Notes: generated by a model not told the origin, from the sequence alone. A stretch of 64,000 nt of DNA from Candidatus Woesearchaeota archaeon (GCA_964354405.1 CAYGZP010000001.1:15634-79633), one strand, 5' to 3'. Counted from the stretch's first letter, positions 1-8,936 are shown. Made by a program: numbers and translations.

Positions 1-91
1 GTCAATAAATTAATAAAAGAAACAATTTCTGAAAAACCTTCGCTTTTCTAAATGCCCTTTATCCAATTACTTGTCAATTGTAACTTATCAC

Positions 92-469
92 TTATCTTCT
101 TGCCAAGACAATCACTGCCCCAATCAATCCCAACACTGGCCCGATAACAAATCCGTGTGGTGCAAGTATCAGAGCGAACAGGCTCAAAACAAGCAAGAAT
201 ATCGCAGAGACTCTCGCAGTTTTATGTATTACATAAACCAAGACTATCATCAAGGCACCCAAGATAAAGGATATCAACGAAGCCACTGGTTCCATCGCCC
301 CCATCATCGATATGATCGCGGCAATCATCACTAAAATTCCACCAACCAATCCCAAGATATGTTCTGACTGAACAACTGAGACTTGTCTGGCAGCCGGAGC
401 TTTCGGAGCTCTCATCACTTTTCTTCTAGATTTCACTTTCTTTGCTTTTACTTTCCTCTTTTTTGCCAT
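92..469 (-). CDS. small membrane protein with lysine-rich N-terminal tail (hypothetical)
   Basis: 125-aa ORF. N-terminus MAKKRKVKAKKVKSRRK is followed by three hydrophobic helices. No family recognised. Confidence 0.35.
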   Translation of the reverse strand: MAKKRKVKAKKVKSRRKVMRAPKAPAARQVSVVQSEHILGLVGGILVMIAAIISMMGAMEPVASLISFILGALMIVLVYVIHKTARVSAIFLLVLSLFALILAPHGFVIGPVLGLIGAVIVLARR

Positions 470-491
470 GTATAGCCTATACTTTTGAGAT

Positions 492-878
492 TTAAAAAGT
501 TATCTTTGATTTAGAAAATCCATTAAGTGAAATCTGTTTAACTAATTTATGCATCCTTGCTTTTTCAATTTCTTTCCGTGAAAACCATTTATAATTTGTA
601 ACTTCGTCCATCTTTAGATTAATTCTTCCTTTATTGACCTTACAAATATAATGGAGAGTGTTTTTGCCATTGCGTTCTTTAAGTATATAAAATGGCTTTT
701 TCGCAATATTAATATTTAAATTAATTTCTTCCATAGCTTCTCTTTTCATGGCTTTTCTGTTAGTCTCTCCTTTTTCGACATGCCCCGCAACAAACATCCA
801 TATATCTAATTTTTTGTGATATATCAAAAGCAATTTCTTATTTCTAAAAATCAATCCCGCAGCGACCTCTTGTTTCAT
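492..878 (-). CDS. NUDIX hydrolase
   Basis: Nudix box GHVEKGETNRKAMKREAMEEINL matches the GX5EX7REUXEEXGU pattern; 128 aa. Confidence 0.6.
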   Translation of the reverse strand: MKQEVAAGLIFRNKKLLLIYHKKLDIWMFVAGHVEKGETNRKAMKREAMEEINLNINIAKKPFYILKERNGKNTLHYICKVNKGRINLKMDEVTNYKWFSRKEIEKARMHKLVKQISLNGFSKSKITF

Positions 879-944
879 AAAAATAAAATTTGTTAGAGAC
901 TTATAAATTTATTTAATTGTTCCAAAACAAAAGTTTCTTATTTA

Positions 945-983
945 TTAACCCCTCCTCAGTGACAAACCGAAAAGCTTATAAAT
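945..983 (+). promoter_or_regulatory. conserved upstream element A, copy 1: TTAACCCCTCCTCAGTGACAAACCGAAA followed by TATA-like AGCTTATAAAT
   Basis: Near-identical 38-nt element also at 3613-3650 and 11754-11792, each 20-40 nt upstream of a + strand start codon. BRE/TATA-like 3' half. Confidence 0.55.
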
Positions 984-1006
984 GTGAATCTCTTTAAAAT
1001 AAAACA

Positions 1007-1510
1007 ATGAAAGATTTAGTTAAGTTAGCAATGGCGATGTTTACGTTACTCTCTTTGTCTTGCTATCAAAAGGTAAAAAACGAAGAGAAATTTAAAGGCT
1101 GGTTTGCTTCAGCTATAATTTATGATTATCTTGGACAGGAAAAAAAGGCATTAGACTGTTTAGATTCTCTTCAAATCCATGCAAGAGAAGGAGAACTTCA
1201 ATTTTATAAACGATTGCCAAAAAAAAGGCTTCTTGAATTGTCCGAATGGGATTCTAGAGCTTGGATAGAGCGTGGAAAAATTTATAGAGAATTGGGGGAT
1301 TGTGAAGGAGCTCTAAAATGTTTTAGAACTGCTATTACTACTTATTTGGGAAATGGTGAAAGGTTTGAAAAGTTATCTGACTTGGATTCTTGGGATCCTA
1401 TAATTGCTTCTCGTATAGAAAGCGCTAAAACCTTTAAGGAAATGGGTGAAGAAAAAAGGGCTAAAAACTTTGGAAAAATTCTTGAAAAATATCTTAAGGC
1501 AAATTACTAA
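1007..1510 (+). CDS. putative lipoprotein with TPR-like helical repeats
   Basis: N-terminal signal with LSLSC lipobox-like cysteine. Helical repeats with W/Y/G/A spacing typical of TPR. Preceded by element A. Confidence 0.4.
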   Translation: MKDLVKLAMAMFTLLSLSCYQKVKNEEKFKGWFASAIIYDYLGQEKKALDCLDSLQIHAREGELQFYKRLPKKRLLELSEWDSRAWIERGKIYRELGDCEGALKCFRTAITTYLGNGERFEKLSDLDSWDPIIASRIESAKTFKEMGEEKRAKNFGKILEKYLKANY

Positions 1511-1525
1511 TCGCTTCGATTGAAC

Positions 1526-2596
1526 TTAAACTTTGATTAATTCTAAAATTCTATCTTTGTCTGTGGTATAAACAATCTCAAAGGCCTTAGCTTTAATAAT
1601 GGTCTCTCCTTTTTCTGCATTATGTTTTATATCAAAATTACCAATACCAAAACTACAGGCAGTTGACAAAGCTTTTAAAGGATAATTTTTACTTTCTGCC
1701 GAAATACAATAACTAGGGTCTGTTGAACAGCAAATGAGTGTCTCGCCTTGCGTCACTAATTTCACTATAGCATTTCTTAATTCTTGACCATCTTTGTACA
1801 ATTTTCCTTTTTCTACTTTAAGTGTCTTTTCTTTGGAGATATATTTTGCAATTGTTCCAACATTAGCAGTATATTGACTTAGCATCTGTTTTCCTGACTG
1901 ATCTGATTTGATAAGATATGCATTAGCTTCACTCCATGTCAGCTTCCTTTCATCTGGTTTAGAAAATTCTAAAGTTATGCCTGAAATTTGTAATTCTGGT
2001 TGAGTGTAAGGCCTCTGAAATCCACCATAATAGTAAGTCGAAATTATGCTGCCGGCATACATTACGTTATCTTTTTCTTCTTTATATCTTGGCACTGATA
2101 TTTTTCCGTTACTTATAATTCCATTCTTATCGAAGAATATGCTTGTTGAAAGATAATTTATTTGTGTTATTTTATCTTCTACCATAAACGAAGCGAGATT
2201 ACCAAGCATCGCAGCTATCCTATCTCCTTGGTCTACGTCCCTCTCTTCAATAAAAGTTTCTTCATATTGTAGAGCTGCTATAACACTGCTTAAAGGAGTC
2301 TGACCAACATAAGCTTCGTATTTTTGCTGCTGTTGATCATATTTAACATTAAAGGCGCCCCTAAGTTCTCCTTCATCATAAGTTAATCCATAAGTACTTA
2401 AATGATTTTGAACATTTTCTCGAGGAGTAAAGCAAAAGATAAGATGAAATGTGCCAATCTCGTCTTTCCATAAGTGTGCATATTTATTAGGGTCTTGAGT
2501 TGGAGCGCATCCAAAAATAGCTGTCGCAGAAGATGTTAGAAAAATACTTATTAAAATAAACAAGATAAACAACATAAACAGCACATATTTTCTCAT
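1526..2596 (-). CDS. secreted hypothetical protein
   Basis: 356 aa. N-terminal signal peptide MRKYVLFMLFILFILISIFLTSSATA. No recognisable domain. Upstream region is repeat C copy 1. Confidence 0.45.
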   Translation of the reverse strand: MRKYVLFMLFILFILISIFLTSSATAIFGCAPTQDPNKYAHLWKDEIGTFHLIFCFTPRENVQNHLSTYGLTYDEGELRGAFNVKYDQQQQKYEAYVGQTPLSSVIAALQYEETFIEERDVDQGDRIAAMLGNLASFMVEDKITQINYLSTSIFFDKNGIISNGKISVPRYKEEKDNVMYAGSIISTYYYGGFQRPYTQPELQISGITLEFSKPDERKLTWSEANAYLIKSDQSGKQMLSQYTANVGTIAKYISKEKTLKVEKGKLYKDGQELRNAIVKLVTQGETLICCSTDPSYCISAESKNYPLKALSTACSFGIGNFDIKHNAEKGETIIKAKAFEIVYTTDKDRILELIKV

Positions 2597-2654
2597 AATA
2601 AAATAAAACTTTTAAACTTTTTAAATTTATCTCGGTTTCGCAACTGTTCACTCA

Positions 2655-2772
2655 ACCACGACAAGCTTAATCCAGTATAACAATCTTCTTTAGTTTCAAC
2701 TGAAACAACCGATAACTTTGTATGCCAATTGATAGCTTATATTATCAAATGATAGAAAACATTCACTCAACC
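2655..2772. repeat. intergenic repeat C, copy 1 (about 120 nt, roughly 75-80% identical to 5347-5465) containing inverted repeat TTGATAGCTTATATTATCAA at 2729-2748
   Basis: Direct comparison of the two intergenic regions; both lie 50-170 nt upstream of minus-strand secreted-protein genes. Confidence 0.6.
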
Positions 2773-2810
2773 TTCATTCTTTTATCATTCAAGCAATAAT
2801 TCTTAGAACT

Positions 2811-3185
2811 CTAAGTATTGACAACAAGTTCTTTTTCAAAAATCTCATTAGCTTTTTTAGCAATAGTCCACTGCAATCTAAGCATCTGCCTTACTATTGG
2901 ATTTTTTTCATTAAGTTTAAACATTCTAGCCTTGCCAACCTTTCTTGTTTCAATTACAAGCCCTGCCTTAACAAACTCCGGCCAAAACGACATTAAACTC
3001 GTATAGCTTACTTCAGAGTTTTTTGCTATATCTGTTAAACTGTAATCGAAAGCTTGAAACGTAAGCAAAAAATCTAAAACTCTTAATTTTGGACTGTGCC
3101 CTACAACTTTTAAAAATATTGATTCTGACATATTATTTGCAAGAAATTGATATTTATAAATCCTTCTATTTTTAAACAATATCAT
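2811..3185 (-). CDS. putative winged-helix DNA-binding protein
   Basis: 124 aa, small basic alpha/beta protein with an HTH-like segment (SLTDIAKNSEVSYTSLMSFW). TATA-like CTTATAAATTTT about 40 nt upstream of the 3185 start. Confidence 0.35.
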   Translation of the reverse strand: MILFKNRRIYKYQFLANNMSESIFLKVVGHSPKLRVLDFLLTFQAFDYSLTDIAKNSEVSYTSLMSFWPEFVKAGLVIETRKVGKARMFKLNEKNPIVRQMLRLQWTIAKKANEIFEKELVVNT

Positions 3186-3246
3186 ACAAAAATGAAAACT
3201 TTCTTTTTTAAGAAAATTTATAAGTGTATTTCATCTTTATATTTTT

Positions 3247-3513
3247 ATGAAAGAAGAGGAGATCATTGCTACTTTATTAAAAAAACTGTATTTGGCTGGA
3301 AAAATAGGCCATAGCCATACTCCTTTTGAGAACTTGCCAAAGGGATTTCCCTCAAATATTGGGAAAGAAGTAAAGCAAATAGCAAAAATGCTTGCAAGGA
3401 AAGGCATATTAATTTTAAGTAAGCACAACTATGGCATTGGCGTTTCATTAAATCATAAAAGATTACAAGAAATAAAAGTAATTATTGAAAAAGTTTTTCC
3501 AAATATAGTTTAA
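3247..3513 (+). CDS. hypothetical small protein
   Basis: 88-aa ORF, no recognisable family. Confidence 0.25.
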   Translation: MKEEEIIATLLKKLYLAGKIGHSHTPFENLPKGFPSNIGKEVKQIAKMLARKGILILSKHNYGIGVSLNHKRLQEIKVIIEKVFPNIV

Positions 3514-3534
3514 TAAAATTATTGACTCCTCACT

Positions 3535-3612
3535 TCATCAAAACAGCCTTCTCCGGTTTCAATAATTCTTTAGAATCTTTTGGCTTTAGAAAAACAAAGT
3601 AAGTTATAAGTA
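3535..3612 (-). pseudogene. decayed fragment of a T9SS-like C-terminal sorting domain (repeat B), directly abutting element A copy 2
   Basis: Minus-strand translation gives ...GVNTYNLL.. and ..RIIETGEGCFDEV. Nucleotide-level similar to the 6519-6685 fragment and to the C-terminus of the 11821..12813 product. Stop codons and frameshift are present. Confidence 0.4.
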
Positions 3613-3650
3613 TTAACCCCTCGTCAGTGACAAACCGAAACCTTTAAATA
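3613..3650 (+). promoter_or_regulatory. conserved upstream element A, copy 2
   Basis: TTAACCCCTCGTCAGTGACAAACCGAAACCTTTAAATA, 22 nt upstream of the 3672 start. Confidence 0.55.
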
Positions 3651-3671
3651 TCTTAAACCATTATAAACATA

Positions 3672-4172
3672 ATGAAAAACTTAGAAAACAAACTTGGCTT
3701 CGGAGCAACTATTTTTAGTTTAATCTTAGCTCTATCTACAGCACTTTCTTGCGATAAAAAAGAAAAGGGTTTTGCTTATGTAAGTGAAGGCCCCCCATCT
3801 AAAGAAAAAACAGAAAATCCTGCTGAAATTTATATCAAAAAAGCTTTGAACTTTAAAGAGCAGGGGCAGCTTGACAGCGCCTTAGTTTATTCTACAAAAG
3901 CAATAAATAATCAAAGAATATTAGAAAGTGAGCAGGTAGGAAACATGCATTATCTTAGAGCCCAAATACACCAATATTTTAGTAGAAATAAAGAAGCCAT
4001 CGAAGATTATGAAGATGCAATTTACTGTTATTCTAGTAAGATGATGACAAAAGAATGTATTCCAATATATCTTGAAATGACAGAACTTCATGAAAAATTA
4101 GGCGATAAAGAAAAGGCAGAGGAATGTAAAAGATTAGCTGAAAGATTTGAAGAATACCGCAGAACACATTAA
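3672..4172 (+). CDS. putative lipoprotein with TPR-like repeats
   Basis: 166 aa; signal plus ALSC lipobox-like Cys. Helical repeat content. Same size and architecture as the 1007..1510 product. Confidence 0.4.
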   Translation: MKNLENKLGFGATIFSLILALSTALSCDKKEKGFAYVSEGPPSKEKTENPAEIYIKKALNFKEQGQLDSALVYSTKAINNQRILESEQVGNMHYLRAQIHQYFSRNKEAIEDYEDAIYCYSSKMMTKECIPIYLEMTELHEKLGDKEKAEECKRLAERFEEYRRTH

Positions 4173-4176
4173 TTCT

Positions 4177-5301
4177 CTAACCTCTTAATATTTCCATTAT
4201 TTTTATCAGTTCTTCCTCATTCGAAGGCTTTAAAATCTTAACATTCTTCGTTTGAATTTCAGTTGTGATACCAATTTCTTTTTCTCCTTCAGCAATAATT
4301 TTAAATTCACATTCTTCTGCTAAAGAATATTGCAACTTTCCATCAATTTCACCATAACAAAAAAGATATTCATTTTCTGCTTCACTAACTAAAAATGCTA
4401 AATTCTTACTCCTTAAATCAAAATAAGAAGAATAAAGAAAACGCTTGATTAGAGGAATCTTGACTCCTGCAACTATAGCGCCACTGCTATTTTTCTTAAT
4501 CAAAAAAGAGTTGTAAATCCAAGTATAATTAAACATCCCACTAATTCTTGTGAAATCTCTGATATTTAAAGCAAAATCTGAGCTTTGGTCTATAAAATAA
4601 GTTACATATGAACAAAAATCATCGCCAGGAAGATAGCAATAAATCTTTACCTTAGTATTTGGGGCATCCAACCAAAATGAGCCTAATTTATCATAAGTAT
4701 AACTTATTTTCATATCTTCTTCATAGGGTTCATCAAAAGCCTCATAAAAATACCATGCTTTTGTCTTTTCATCATGAATGCTATAGCTTCCCTTATTATA
4801 AACATAAATTTTCCTTTCGGTAAAATTAATTAAAGCCCTCTCGACCCGAATTTCCCAAGATGCTCTTTTGGCAACAATATCTCCAATTGAACTATCTTTA
4901 AACATAATCACTCCACTAACAATTCTTCCACTTTCATCAAGAGATAAATTTTCAATAATTCTGGCTCTTTGCCATTGCATCTCACGAAACAAAGAATCAG
5001 TTGTGTTAAAAATTCCTCGCATTTGTCTTTCATATTGTGGGAGTTCCTTGACTAAGTCGCTTATTTCTTCTTCTGAGAGCTCTCTCTTAATGATTATTTC
5101 AAACCAATAAGTACTTGTTTCGCCTGCTTCAATGAATTCATGATCTAAATCTTTAGCAATTAGATAAGTAAAAATCGCCCTGCCAGGAACATTGTTTACT
5201 AGCCTTATTGGAAGTGTTTGATCCTCTGCAATAACATTAGAAAACAATAAAATAAATGTTAATAATAACAAAATAGACAGTATTGGTTTTTTCAATTTCA
5301 T
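4177..5301 (-). CDS. secreted hypothetical protein
   Basis: 374 aa; signal peptide MKLKKPILSILLLLTFILLFSNVIA. Repeat C copy 2 lies upstream. Confidence 0.45.
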   Translation of the reverse strand: MKLKKPILSILLLLTFILLFSNVIAEDQTLPIRLVNNVPGRAIFTYLIAKDLDHEFIEAGETSTYWFEIIIKRELSEEEISDLVKELPQYERQMRGIFNTTDSLFREMQWQRARIIENLSLDESGRIVSGVIMFKDSSIGDIVAKRASWEIRVERALINFTERKIYVYNKGSYSIHDEKTKAWYFYEAFDEPYEEDMKISYTYDKLGSFWLDAPNTKVKIYCYLPGDDFCSYVTYFIDQSSDFALNIRDFTRISGMFNYTWIYNSFLIKKNSSGAIVAGVKIPLIKRFLYSSYFDLRSKNLAFLVSEAENEYLFCYGEIDGKLQYSLAEECEFKIIAEGEKEIGITTEIQTKNVKILKPSNEEELIKIMEILRG

Positions 5302-5346
5302 ACGAAAAGAAAATGTCGCGACCTTTTATAATTTATCTTTTATTTA

Positions 5347-5465
5347 ATCACGACAAACTTAATCTATTATAACAACTTTCTCCGACTTCAATCTAAACAA
5401 CTGAAAACTTTATCTCTCAATTGATAACTTATATTATCAACTGATAGAAAACATCCATTCACAAC
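5347..5465. repeat. intergenic repeat C, copy 2, with inverted repeat TTGATAACTTATATTATCAA at 5421-5440
   Basis: Aligns with 2655-2772 (cacgacaa.cttaatc...aactgaaa...caattgata.cttatattatcaa.tgatagaaaacat). Followed at 5500-5560 by a short repeat-B-like segment and a TATA (GATTTATAAAC) for gene 5586. Confidence 0.6.
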
Positions 5466-5585
5466 AGATTATCTCGTCTTCACAACTTTTTTTGTTGGCA
5501 ACCCAGCTTCTTCTGGCTTTATGAAATAAACTCTTAAAGAGAAAAAACGAAAGATTTATAAACAATTGTTAAATAATATTAACAT

Positions 5586-6095
5586 ATGTTAAAAATAATT
5601 AACGATTTAATGGTTTTTTTTGAAGATTGCTATAGAGAAATTAATGTAAGAGAATACGCCAAAATTAAAAAAATATCACCACCCACCGCCTCTAAACTAT
5701 TATCTTATTATTACTCTGAAAAGTTTTTAATGAAAAGAAAATATAAGAATTTACTTTTATTTTCAGCAAACAATCAAAATAAGCACTTTATTGATTTATC
5801 TAGAATATATTGGTCTGAAAGAATGAAAGAATTAATTGAATTCATAGAAAAAAGACTTATTTCTCTAACAATAATATTATTTGGCTCTCTTTCAAAAGCT
5901 GAAGTTAAATTAGATTCGGATATTGATCTGGCCATATTTGCGCATAAAAAAGAATTAAATATAGAAAGTTTTGAAAGAAAGTTCAAACGAAAAATAAGAA
6001 TATTTTGGTTTAAATCAGTAAAAGATATTAAAAGTAAAGAGCTCGCAAATAACATAGTCAATGGATATGTTTTAAAAGGGAGAATATTATTATAA
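5586..6095 (+). CDS. minimal nucleotidyltransferase (MNT) with N-terminal HTH-like region
   Basis: GSLSKAEVKLDSDIDLAIF matches the GS-x(9-13)-DxD polymerase-beta-type NTase motif. 169 aa. Confidence 0.55.
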   Translation: MLKIINDLMVFFEDCYREINVREYAKIKKISPPTASKLLSYYYSEKFLMKRKYKNLLLFSANNQNKHFIDLSRIYWSERMKELIEFIEKRLISLTIILFGSLSKAEVKLDSDIDLAIFAHKKELNIESFERKFKRKIRIFWFKSVKDIKSKELANNIVNGYVLKGRILL

Positions 6096-6097
6096 AA

Positions 6098-6511
6098 ATG
6101 AACTGGAGAGAATGCTGTAATAAAAGGATAGTAAAGAATGTAAACCCTGATTTAGATATGACAATCTCTCTAATCAAAAGTAGCGAGAATAAATTGAAAT
6201 CTGAAGAAAAACTTGTTATGAGCGCAGTAACTGCGAGTTCAAAAATTTCTCTTGTTTATGATTCATTGAGAGAACTTTTAGAAGCATTGGCTTTAAAAGA
6301 AGGATACAAAATTTATAATCATGAATGTTACACTGCTTTCATTAAAGAGATTATAAAAGAAAGTGACAGAGGAGACGAATTTGATGAAATAAGAAAGATA
6401 AGAAATGATGTGAATTATTATGGAAAAGAAATATCTGTAGAAGAGGCTGAAAATGTTATTAATAGAATAAAAAACCTAAGAGTTTCTATATCAAAATTAT
6501 TAAAAAAATAA
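6098..6511 (+). CDS. HEPN-like all-alpha protein, partner of the upstream MNT
   Basis: Start is 3 nt after the MNT stop. All-helical 137 aa. Conserved R..RN motif region (RKIRNDVNYY) lacks the canonical His. Confidence 0.4.
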   Translation: MNWRECCNKRIVKNVNPDLDMTISLIKSSENKLKSEEKLVMSAVTASSKISLVYDSLRELLEALALKEGYKIYNHECYTAFIKEIIKESDRGDEFDEIRKIRNDVNYYGKEISVEEAENVINRIKNLRVSISKLLKK

Positions 6512-6518
6512 CTAACCT

Positions 6519-6685
6519 TTACCTCATCAAAACAACCCTCTCCGGCTTTAGCAATTCTTTGCCATCTTCAGGTTTCAAGAAAACAAAGTAAGCCCCATTA
6601 GCCAAGCCATAAGTATTAATCTTATTGCCTTTTCCTTTATAAGCAATCTTCCCAGAAACGTCATAAAGATAATAATTTATCCTTT
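6519..6685 (-). pseudogene. orphan fragment of a T9SS-like C-terminal sorting domain (no start codon)
   Basis: Minus-strand translation is ERINYYLYDVSGKIAYKGKGNKINTYGLANGAYFVFLKPEDGKELLKPERVVLMR*. It has no Met and a stop lies upstream. Matches the LYDASGRKI...NGVYFV...KLTLLK tail of 11821..12813. Confidence 0.5.
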
Positions 6686-6795
6686 CTTAAAAAGGTTTTG
6701 AGTTAAAGAAAATTATTAGCTAAATCTTCAACTTTTTGTTGATTATTATTTAACCATTTAAGAAAATTTATAAAGCTTTTATTCTTATTCGTTAA

Positions 6796-7896
6796 ATGAA
6801 AAAAGAGTTCATGGATCCTTGGGGGGATACTTTATTAGATTATGAAAAAGCTGCAAAAAAATTTGGTATTCAACCTATTTCTGAAGAAATGAAAAAATTC
6901 TTTAAAAATAATAGATTTTTTTCTAGAAATATTATAATGGCACATAGGGATTTTGACAAAGTTTTTGAAAGAATAAAATCAAAAGAGCCCTTTATTCAAA
7001 TGACTGGAATAGCTTCTTCTGGAAAATTTCATTTTGGTCATAAAATGATAGTAGATTTATTTCTTTCTTTCAAGGAATACAATTCAAAAAATTATTTTGG
7101 AATTTGTGATATTGATGGATATGTTAGTAGGCCAGATTTTAAAGTGCCCTCTTTAGAAAAAGCAAAAGAATATGCTATTAATAATTTAGCTCATGTTCTT
7201 GCATTAGGATTAAATGAAAAAGATGTTTTTGTTCAAAGTAAAAAAGAACAAAGATACTATGAATTTGCTTTTGAATTAAGTAAAAAGATTACTGGAAATA
7301 TGTTTAAAGCAGTTTATGGTCATTTAGATTTAGGAAAAATTTCTGCTAATTTATTGCAATATGCAGATATTTTACATCCACAATTAAAAGAATATGAAGA
7401 TAGAATGCCAAGTATTACAGCGATAGGATTAGAACAAGATCCGCATATAAGAGTAACAAGGGATATTGCAAAAAGATTGCCTTATAATCTTGAATTGCCA
7501 AGCTCACTTTACATTATTTACCAAGGGGGTTTATTAGCTAATAAAAAAATGTCATCGTCACAACCAGAAACTGCTATTTTTCTCGATGATAGTGAAGAAG
7601 AAGCAGCAAAAAAATTAAGAAATTCATTTACAGGGGGGCGAGAAAACATAGAAAAACAAAAAGAACTTGGAGGACAACCCCCAATATGTAGAATTTTTGA
7701 AATATATAGATTCCATCATCCTAATGATGATTTTGTTAAAGAAATAGAAAAAAATTGTAAAGCAGGAAAATTAATGTGTAAAGATTGTAAAAAACAATGT
7801 ATAGATTTTATAATTTCATTTTTAAAAAATCACCAGAAAAAACTTGTAAAAACCAAGAAAATTGCTGAGAAGATGGTATTGAAAGATGATAAATAA
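6796..7896 (+). CDS. trpS: tryptophanyl-tRNA synthetase, archaeal/eukaryotic type
   Basis: Class I aaRS with HIGH-like GKFHFGH and KMSSS. Strong similarity to eukaryotic TrpRS blocks (EQDPHIRVTRDIAKRLPY; SFTGGRENIEKQKELGGQP). Cys-rich C-terminal tail. Confidence 0.75.
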   Translation: MKKEFMDPWGDTLLDYEKAAKKFGIQPISEEMKKFFKNNRFFSRNIIMAHRDFDKVFERIKSKEPFIQMTGIASSGKFHFGHKMIVDLFLSFKEYNSKNYFGICDIDGYVSRPDFKVPSLEKAKEYAINNLAHVLALGLNEKDVFVQSKKEQRYYEFAFELSKKITGNMFKAVYGHLDLGKISANLLQYADILHPQLKEYEDRMPSITAIGLEQDPHIRVTRDIAKRLPYNLELPSSLYIIYQGGLLANKKMSSSQPETAIFLDDSEEEAAKKLRNSFTGGRENIEKQKELGGQPPICRIFEIYRFHHPNDDFVKEIEKNCKAGKLMCKDCKKQCIDFIISFLKNHQKKLVKTKKIAEKMVLKDDK

Positions 7897-8935
7897 ACTT
7901 AATCCTTGGAAAATACCTACTTTAACACCTAAAATATATGAATACCTAATTAAGCATTATTCTTTACAACCTATAGATTTTAAATTAAAAAATAATCCCA
8001 TTTTCTTAAGAAGGAATTTAATAGTAGGTCATTATAAATTTTTAGAATGGTTAAAAAAAGCAGAAAAAGGAGAAAAAGTCGCTTTAGTAAGTGGATTTAT
8101 GACGAGTGGTTTTTTGCATTTAGGAAGTTTGGCTGTAATTAAACAAATAGTATATTATCAAAAAAACTACGGTGCTAAAATAATTATTCCAATAGCAGAT
8201 TTAGAAGCTATTTGTGTTAGAAAAACAAAAAAATCTGAAATAAAAAGAATTTTGATAGATTTTTTAGCTCATTTTTTTGCAACTGGTCTTTCTCCAAAAG
8301 ATACTTTAATATATTTACAAACTAAAAATTTAGAAGTATTAAAACAAGCAAGTTTATTTACAGGAAAGATTAGTTTAGAAAATCTAGAAAAAATATATGA
8401 TAGAAAATTAACTCTTGGAGAAATACACTCTTCATTAGTTATGGCTGCTGATATTCTTTATCCTCAATTTTTTAATTATAAAGGAACTTTAATTAATTTA
8501 GGAATAGATGAAATATGTCATTTTTCTCTTGTAAAAGAATTAATTCCTATATTAGGAAAAGAATTTTATATTCCTAGTATAACATACAATAAAATAATTA
8601 CAGGACTAAATGGATCTAAAATGGGCAAAAGCATACCCAAAAATAGCATACTTCTTCTAGATAAACCAAAAATAGCACGATCTAAATTAATAAAATTAAA
8701 AAACAAAAATATAGAATTATTTCAAAACACTGCTTTTAATATTCTTGAATGGTATTGCGAAGATGATTCTATAATTAAGAAAATTTTAAATATTTCTGAT
8801 AAAAAAGAAGCAAATAACTTGGCAATTAATGAAGCTTGTGATGTAGTTCAAAAACTTTTAGAAAAACATCAAAAAAAATATAGAAAAAATCTTCCAATAG
8901 CAAGAAAGATCGTAAAAGAATTAATGAAAGACTAA
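7886..8935 (+). CDS. tyrS: tyrosyl-tRNA synthetase-like class I aaRS (archaeal/eukaryotic type)
   Basis: GFMTSGFLHLGS (HIGH with the second His replaced) and GSKMGKS. Blocks LYPQ...GIDE...TGLNGSKM resemble archaeal/eukaryotic TyrRS. Overlaps the previous gene by 11 nt (operon). Confidence 0.55.
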   Translation: MINKLNPWKIPTLTPKIYEYLIKHYSLQPIDFKLKNNPIFLRRNLIVGHYKFLEWLKKAEKGEKVALVSGFMTSGFLHLGSLAVIKQIVYYQKNYGAKIIIPIADLEAICVRKTKKSEIKRILIDFLAHFFATGLSPKDTLIYLQTKNLEVLKQASLFTGKISLENLEKIYDRKLTLGEIHSSLVMAADILYPQFFNYKGTLINLGIDEICHFSLVKELIPILGKEFYIPSITYNKIITGLNGSKMGKSIPKNSILLLDKPKIARSKLIKLKNKNIELFQNTAFNILEWYCEDDSIIKKILNISDKKEANNLAINEACDVVQKLLEKHQKKYRKNLPIARKIVKELMKD

Positions 8936-8936
8936 G

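Noticed and set aside
2655-5465. Idea that repeat C copies are integron attC-like recombination sites
   Set aside because: No integron-integrase-like gene is present and the context is archaeal; the repeats sit at a fixed promoter-proximal distance and are better explained as shared regulatory or leader sequence. The cassette-like organisation is still reported as a finding.
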